A stretch of DNA of 64,000 nucleotides. Origin: Octopus vulgaris (taxonomy: Eukaryota). Position 1 is the first letter of the stretch; each line of letters starts with the position of its first letter. The DNA lies in contig OX597830.1 of assembly GCA_951406725.2 (NCBI GenBank), positions 37,138,001-37,202,000 of the forward strand, given 5' to 3'. The notes under the pieces were generated by a model that worked only from the letters and a program-made list of their open reading frames with translations, searched no databases and had not been told where the DNA came from. Both the position numbers and the translations under genes were made by a program. Positions 55,444-64,000 of the stretch are shown here, piece after piece.

Positions 55444-58100
55444 ACATCTATCTACATGTACAGTGTGTGTTTATGTACATACAGGCATGTATATATGAGT
55501 GGCATATGTAAGTGTGTGTGGCGGGGTTTATGCTGCGTTTCTATTTGCTTAGTAAATGGAAAATGCTTGTTTCACTATTTACGTTGAAAATAGATCCATA
55601 TGTAATATTAAAATTCCTTTCTTCCTAGCCATTTCGATAACCGTTTAAGCTGCTATTAATTTGAGGTACCAATGAAATTTCTATCTCGAGCGGTGGAATA
55701 ACCTAGAATACAGAATTATTAACTAAAATGGAAGACATTACAGTGTGAGAAATACTATTTACTTACGCCTCTGCACATACTGTGTTCAAATCCCATTGGT
55801 GCTGAATTTACATTTTTAAAACAATCGATGACATAAAAATCAAGAATCGAATCATTTGTGTATATACACTTTTCTCTCTACAAATCTTGATCTGATTCAA
55901 AAATAAGAAAATCTATTTTTAACTTATGCTGAGTTAATGAAAATAAGTGAGAATAAGTGAGAGAATAAATGAAAGCTACCGTCTGGCCCAAAGCATTATC
56001 TGGTTTCAATTTGCGACTGAAATATATTAATTTAACATACGATGTCAAATAAATGAAGTTTTCCATCTCTCACTACCCTATTATTTTTTCTTTAAAGCTG
56101 AAGTTTATTGTTACTATTAAACCTTAATTGTAAAATAATAGCACACATGCACAGCATAGTATTATACTGAAATGAAATCACAGTGGTTTCGTTCTCCTGT
56201 ATTTACTTTTACTCATAAGGCTAAAGAATTTTCTAATAAATTATGTTCTGTTTATTGTTCTTAACAGTTCATTAAATACAGTTTCAAGACTTAATCTTCA
56301 AAATATCTCAAAACCATTACCGCGAAGTATTTCACAAGGTTATTTCTTTGCTAAACGTATTTTTATGAAAACACTGCTGAAGAATAAAGTGCAGTTTACT
56401 TCTGGGTTGTGGACAATATTAGAGAGATATAGTCTTCTGTTAACTTCACTTCCATAAAATTTTAGGCCACTGGATCAGAACTGAAAATTTGCTTATTACC
56501 GGGTCAGATCAACTCCTCTCCAATAAACCTCAATTGCAAGTATATCATCAGAGGCTCTGTTCTAATTCAATTTCAGATAGAATGTGTCAAACATTACATT
56601 ATCCATGAGCTCTCTTCGTTTTTGTTTTTACGACCGTGAATCGTAACTGACAGGCTATTTGGTTTTTATGTCATTTTGCCGCGCTAGATTTTATACTATG
56701 CTCCATTTAAAATAAACTTGAATCTTAAGCCTTGTAGCATGCTTCCGAAATAGGTCACTGTTCGAGGAAAACTTCCCCCTTTTTACCCACAACACTCGGA
56801 GGTTCAAACAAGGATAAGACCTTTTCATTTTTCCTCTAAGCCAAAAAATGACTAGAAGCACCTGATCTGTGATCTGTAATTCCGCCAGCCCCAACTCTCA
56901 TTACTAGTTATAACCATAGAAGGACTTGTATGTATAACTTCATGGGTAAGAACCACTTGTCAAATATATATATGGCGGTCCCCAACTTGTTAAAGCCATG
57001 AAAAGTAGCGATGAGAACTGCATCATATTGATTTATCAAATATCAATGGGAATTCGTATCTTTTTGTTTTCGGTAAGTACGCCGAGACATTATCGATGTA
57101 GCAAACAAGACATCTATTGATACACACACATACACACACAAAATTATGAAATTATGTTCTAAATATTACATGACTATAAATATTATTTTAAAATCTCTCA
57201 TAGAAATTCTTAAGCTTTCGAAATAATGAAGAACATCACGCTATAATTACTGAATTTCAAACACAAGAATGCTAAATTATAAAATAAAATTTCAATTCAT
57301 ATGTAAAGTTGAAATATCGGAGATGACATTTATGGGAAAACGGAAACAATCATTGTAATAATTACCTCTTAAGACAGGCACAAATTCAGAAATTTAAATG
57401 GAGTTAGTCGATTAAATCGCCCCCTTTTCAAATTGAAAATATGTGGAAAAGATGAAAGACAAGATTGTAGATATCTCAGCGAAATTTGGGCTCAGAACGT
57501 AAAGAACCTGTAAAAAGGACATTCTACTGTTGTTGCTAAAATAACAGCCGAAGTAATAATGCATTCTTCCAAAGTTTTCTATTTTCTTAATATCGTAAGC
57601 ATAGTATGACAGACATTACCCATGTGACATTTTCTGTTAGGACCTCCGAGAAGGGTAGGAATAAAGGAGAAATTGTATTCAGACAAATTACCTGTGTTGT
57701 GTGTCACAATCACATGATCTCCGCTAGAATAACCCAGCTGGTGTTGATAAAACGGGTGGTTCAATTGTTAAATCAAGGGAAACTTCCTATTGATTGTATT
57801 CGCGGTTAGTGGTTGAGTATTCCTCAAAAACACATATACTGTTAGTGTAATCCACAGGAAAGAAATTGATGACATTATACCTGACAGAGCTCCACCTTTC
57901 AAGTATAGTACCTCTTCACCCGACAAACGTCTAGCTATTATAACTACATTCTCTGACAATACTTGCATCAGCCCAAGGCTAAAGTAGAAACCGGTTCCCA
58001 AGATTCCACGCAGTTTGGTTGAACAGGGAATCTCCTGAATGAGAAGCGAAGTTTTTTGTCACTTGGTGATATCCGAGTCCGTTTACAGACAACGCTTCAA

Positions 58101-58116
58101 ACACACACACACACAC

Positions 58117-58196
<80 letters not shown>

Positions 58197-58202
58197 ATAC
58201 AC
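58101..58202. repeat. (CA)n microsatellite
   Basis: Direct reading. Confidence 0.95.
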
Positions 58203-60712
58203 GTGCACAACCATATGTACACGATGATACACCGAACACGGTGTTTGTAAAACGAAAGATATTCGTGCGCTTGTACACACAAGCATACACTTGTATAATA
58301 TAAAATTTGTGTGCGAAAGCAAGATAACATTGGACATCAATCACAAATTTCTAACATGTGTTTAGACGTCTAGCCTTTATCTATTCCACCTGATATATTT
58401 TACAAGCAGCTATAGAACTCACACATACATTTTCCTTTCATCGGTTATTTTATTCTTTATACAGCCATTACTCAGCCGCATTGTGTCTCTCACAAGAATA
58501 TATGCAACACTCTAACACACCCCACGGGAATTGTTATGTCTTCAGAACGGTTGATGATATAAAGTCATCAAATGCAAATATCATTACAGAATCTCTACAA
58601 CAGAAACGAAAATTCCAACTTGGATAACATATCTTAATATTCAAGTTGACATTTATTACAATAGAGGTAGAATTGCAGCTTCAGCATAGCAAATCCATTA
58701 CAAATTCTTTTATAGAATTATGCAATTTATACTTCTAGTAGATTCTTCTCTGCATTTAAAATCACTAACCTGCACTTTTCTTTTGTCACAAGTTTAAAGT
58801 TTTCAAATTATATGGAAAAGATCGATTTCAATTTTATTGTACATTTGATGAAAAAAATTCTGTTAAAAATTTTATTTGTTTAAGGAAGAGCATAATTTGT
58901 TTACGTTCAATAAAATAACTGCCAGTTTTAAAATTGATGCAAAAATGTTCTCCCTTTAAATCTATTATTCGTTTAATACTCACAAAAACCCAGGACAAAC
59001 AACACACGATATATATTTTGTATATGACAAGCGCACGGTTTAAGAGAACAAATCCAGCTGCGTTGAACTTTTCATTTCGTGTTTTCAATGTTATATTAAT
59101 CAAATACAATAATTGACACAAATCAATTTTGGCGACAAAACATTTCAGCACGAAGTTTCCCATTGCAATCAATTAGAAAAAAGCCACAAACACATTATAT
59201 AATGCATGTGACATGCAATATAAATTTAAAACACCCATGAAGCTTTTTATATCATCTAATCCACAATTCTTTTGAGAAACGAATTACAAACTTCAAATCC
59301 CTTTCTGTTAAAATGTATTATACTAAACAAAATTAAGATTATATTTTAACATTATAATAATATTGTTAAAAATATTAATTCAACTTGAAAACATAATATT
59401 AATAATAATCTCCCCAAAATATAAGAAGCATGTCACTCAATACGGATTTTCTTTCCAACAAACTACCTTTATATTTCCTTTTAACTTACACGTAAAAGTA
59501 TAAATTAACTGCCGTAAAAATGGTAGAACGTCCCACTACAATTTAACATCCAAAATATTAACTATACCACTTTCACTACATCTATCTAGTCTGATCTCTC
59601 TGAAAGATCATATATTTAACATGGTAAGGTGGGGAGGATTCTGTAAGCTTAGTCAGAAGGGTCTGGTATGATTGAGATTTTGCTGCTATGTCTAGAAATT
59701 CGAGAAACAAAACAATATTTTTTTCTTAACTATTCATTGCAGACAAAAGTTGTAGCAGAAAATGTTCAGAACCGAATATAATGGTTAGTAACTTATAGAC
59801 GTTTTAAAATTAGAGGTTTGTTTTTTATTTTAGCTATTACAGAATAGGGCTTTGTTTTAGTCGAAGGCAATACTGCGAGATATCTGGCCCATTTGATGAA
59901 AATAGCAGCTACCACTCTTTCAAGTGGAACTTGAGATTTGCAAACGATGAAGAAAATATTGGATGATGTCGACAGTACCATTTGGACACTTACATCTTCA
60001 GAGATGATAAAACAAAGAACATTTACTCTAAATCATGATATAAAAATTAACTTTAAAAGATAAAAGAACATCGTTCCTCTAAAACTCTTGATCAGCTTAA
60101 AAACGGGTGTTTAAAATGAGAATGGTATTCAAAGTGCACCACTTATTGCAACTCTAGTGCGTTGCCACAGTTCTTTCTAATTAAAGCATGCATTCGACGA
60201 GCTTATTTAGTATATCTCGCAAATAGATTACAGGTGATATAAAACCGAATTAATAAATAACTGCAAAGTATCGATACACGCTGTTTTCAATAATTCACAC
60301 ACTGCCTGTCGACTCTGACCGAAAAACTATGAAAGCTATATGAACAGTCAATCATATATATTAAGCAAATTCTCTACAGTGTATCATATGACATATTCAC
60401 AGCAATATGAGAATTTATAAATTATGGTCACAAAGAAAACAGTATTTGATATTGCATTTAATATATATATGCATGTACTAACGACTGTATTTTTGAGCGA
60501 CAGAAAATGAGAGTGATAAGGCACATTATACATACGCTACAAGAGCGTAGACACTCTAATGGTAAAATATGTCAGATAATTCAATACTGAAACATTGATA
60601 TGATAATTGTACTCTTTCATAAAGCTCTTAACATAAAAATAATATAAACATCGTAGTTACTTTATTAAATTACAACCTTAGATATCATACTGTTATTGTA
60701 AAGTTTCCATAC

Positions 60713-60870
60713 AGGCGTGACTGTGTGGTAAAAAGCTTGTTTCCCAACCACGTGGTTCCGGGTTCAGTCCCACTGCGTGGCACATTGGGAAAGTCTCTTC
60801 TACTATAGCTGGGGGCCGACAAAGACCTTGTGAGTGGATTTGGTAGACGGAAATTGAAAAGAAGCCTGTC

Positions 60871-60909
<39 letters not shown>

Positions 60910-61020
60910 AATTAAGGACTTAATTGGTATATATAAATATTTTAATCTTCGGATTCTTTCTTTAATATGCTAGACCACTGGTTCTAATTGATAAATATCA
61001 ATTTCTACCCTAAATTTAAT

Positions 61021-61081
<61 letters not shown>

Positions 61082-61232
61082 TATGTGTGTGTGTGTTTCT
61101 TTGTGTTTTTTATGTCACGCCACAATCGATTGACAACCGATGTTGGTGTATTTATGTCCCCGAAAGTTAGCAGTGACCGATAGAGTAAGTACTAGGCATA
61201 CACAGAATAAGTCCTGGGTTCGAATTCTTCGA
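60713..61232 (+). mobile_element. SINE family A with a ~120-bp foreign insert (60906-61024) in its internal (TA)n
   Basis: Head 60713-60871 and tail ~61090-61232; the insert is absent from other copies. Confidence 0.87.
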
Positions 61233-61534
61233 CTAAAGGCAGTGCTCTAGTAAGGCCGCATCCAAAATGACTGAAACTTGTAAAAGAGTAAAATACATAA
61301 ATATTTTAAAACATTTACTCCATTGTTAATTATGCTTCAGTTATACTTTATAATAAACCGTGCATGACTAGATTTGAAAGCCCTCCAAAATTGTACTTTT
61401 AATAATCTTCCTCATCTTCCGTAAAGTATTCGTTAAATGTATCTGCATCATATGAAATTACTACATCTTCGGAATATTCTCTGCATTCATCCATGTCATT
61501 TCCTTGTCACAACTTTTTAAAGCTTCACGTTTTC

Positions 61535-61645
61535 GAGCGACATGTCATGGATCTATGAACAGACGGATAACAATGGATGATGTTGCAAATAATTTCAAAT
61601 TGGTCATAAGTCTGCCATAGAAATCATCCGCCTCAGAAATGACTT
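61535..61645 (+). mobile_element. Mariner transposase fragment (second HTH)
   Basis: NRRITMDDVANNF / IGHKSAIEIIR (frameshifted), resembling mariner DRRxTxxExA...ISxGSxxxII. Confidence 0.55.
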
Positions 61646-64000
61646 AGTAGATCTAATACAAAAAGATCCAAAATTATATCGAAGATATGAACAGTCAAAT
61701 TATTTTAAAATTGACTACTTTGGGATTTCGATAGCATTGAAAATAACACCTACAAACCGTTATCAGCGACGAAAATGGGAATAACCCACGAGAAGTAATT
61801 ACCAAATTATGGAATGGAAATGGCAGGAAAAAGGTTCAGGAGTCGGCCAAGCAAGAAATTTAATGCTAACAGTTCTTTGAAAGGAACAACTACTGGTTCA
61901 TTACCATGGGAGAAGCTTAATAGTAAACAATACTTATAGAAAGAGACAGCCTGACAAGCTAAGGCCTACAATTCAAAGTAAATAATTCGGACGATTGTTG
62001 AGATGTGTTGTACGATTGCAAGACAATATTTCTATTCATACCGATGTTCACCCTGTCTATATCCTCCAAACATACAAAATGTGGGAATTGAAGCAGCTTT
62101 CTTAAAGTCCTAATATGGCTTTCTTGAAGATAGTGGTACATTTGTATTTCATAGCTCAGTCGTAAACTTTAATGTCTGCGGGCATAAAAGCAGAACCTAC
62201 TTTTAAAATATTGTTGAAATAATGAAAAGAAAACTGAAGAAAGAATTTATAAAGCAGATGGTGTATATCTGAGTACTGAAACAAATAAAGTGGAGTGTCG
62301 ATGATTAACGGCAACTTAATTGACATTTCAATTTGAAACATGTATGTTAATGGCAAGAGCGCGTTGTGACTACCGATGCGTAGACACAGCTAATTTTCAG
62401 ATCAATTGTGATATCTAATAACTCAGGCTCATAGTTTTTGTTATATTTATACATAAACTTCTATGAATTCCTCTTATTTAAAAACGGCAAGATATATTAC
62501 TCATAAATGTTTAAATATTTTGATTCATCGAAATTTTTTATTGCATGTGTTGAATATATTTATAATTTTGTTTCAATTCATTAGTTATGAGCTAAAAATG
62601 TAAAGTATATTGGGAATTTCTTACAATATTTGTGATATTCTGTATTATTTTATATATTTGAAAGAAGCTAACATTATCTATTCTCCACAATAAATTAATA
62701 TTTATGAAATACCAACGAAAATGATGTGATTTATTTAAATGGCAATGTCAACTTGTCTTTGAAGATTTAAAATATATTAATCACGATAGAGCATAAATAA
62801 CGAAATGCTATTAAATCTCATTTTTCTAAAACTCTTATGATTTAGGCATACTCTATTGTTAACACAATATAGAGACCCTAATAGACAATATTTAAGCATA
62901 AACACATTTAGAAAGAGGCAATAAATAATGAGAATGCCTCAAAATGATTAAAAATAAAATTATTTGTTCATGTACACTGATGTCGGTTAAATGGTTGATA
63001 ATTCCTGTGCTTGCAGAACGGCGATAATCGAAACAATAACGCTGCTTTTCATGTTAAATACTGTTTGGAAGATTTGGGCGTGAATATCTGATTCCTGTTG
63101 AGAGCATCTTCTCCCACTACACGATGAAGGTTCATAAAACACGCGTCTCAACTGTGTAAAGGACCTTCGAGATATGGTGGCGCTTCCGCCTTATCGTTTG
63201 TCTCTTCAGTCAAAGCTACCCAAACAGATTCATGTTTATAAGAGTACCGCCATTCTTTTATAACGTTAAGCAAACAAAATATTTGTTGAAACGCGCTGAT
63301 GTGCACCAAACAGATAATAATTCATGAGGTACAAGCAAAGCAGTGACAATGAGGATTCAAATAATAACGTGTCTATTCATTCCCCACATGTACTGGCAAA
63401 TTTGAACGTGACTATCGAATAGCTATTTTTATGAAAAAGAACCAATACTCTTGTTAGATTTATCGATCTAGTCGGGTAGCTTTGCATAAGGAAATATGCA
63501 AAAAGTTAGAAAGAAAACACGTTCACTCAAAGACCTGGTGGATTTGATTTATTATGAGCACCCATCGTCAAAATGGGGATGTTTCACAATGACGAAAACC
63601 CGCAGTGTTGGAATATATTAAAAACGTCGACATGAAAATCATTAGGGACGAGAAATGATATCTAAAATATTTGATTCAGTAAAATAATTTAAGAAATTAT
63701 GGTGAATATTAAGAGGGAAAGTTCAGAAATACTAGTCTAACTTAAAAATTTAGCGTACTTTTTAGAGTATGCAATTTCTTTAACATTGGCTAGAAAGCGG
63801 AAATCTGAATCATATAAAAATACAGATTCGTCACGCAGGCCGAATGGCAGTTAGAAACAAACGCTCGAATGCGTATGATCTTGCTCACCAACACACTACA
63901 GAAGAAGAATCTTTTTCCGAATCTACAACATCACGGCTCCAATGTAGAAAAGCAGAAACGCAATGAGTCCGCTTGTGGCAACTCAATCTCCTCACCATGT

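Noticed and set aside
63140-64000. Slightly CpG-richer end with cttccg and ccaat motifs, considered as a promoter
   Set aside because: Short motifs only; no downstream exon visible in the window

Overview
AT-rich, microsatellite-dense, essentially non-coding animal DNA. It is most likely intronic or intergenic coleoid cephalopod (Octopus-like) sequence, inferred from the SINE repertoire and (TA)n/(TATC)n density. No intact host gene is visible; nearly all listed ORFs are microsatellite or SINE read-through. The window holds at least four tRNA-headed SINE families (labelled A-D here), two HERO-like and one R4/Dong-like RLE non-LTR retrotransposon relics, and several Tc1/mariner and hAT relics. 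The main signal is a set of small, ORF-less, (TA)n-targeted elements carrying hammerhead ribozymes (HHR). The best case is a very young 457-bp tandem array (22861-24590) with one type I HHR per unit and a ~660-bp inverted arm, i.e. a retrozyme/Penelope-like structure. Several diverged relatives share a 3'-terminal motif, and other elements carry non-canonical HHR cores. A more speculative signal: both HERO 3' UTRs contain the three hammerhead core strands in a scrambled order. All structures were folded by eye and coordinates of old repeats are approximate.
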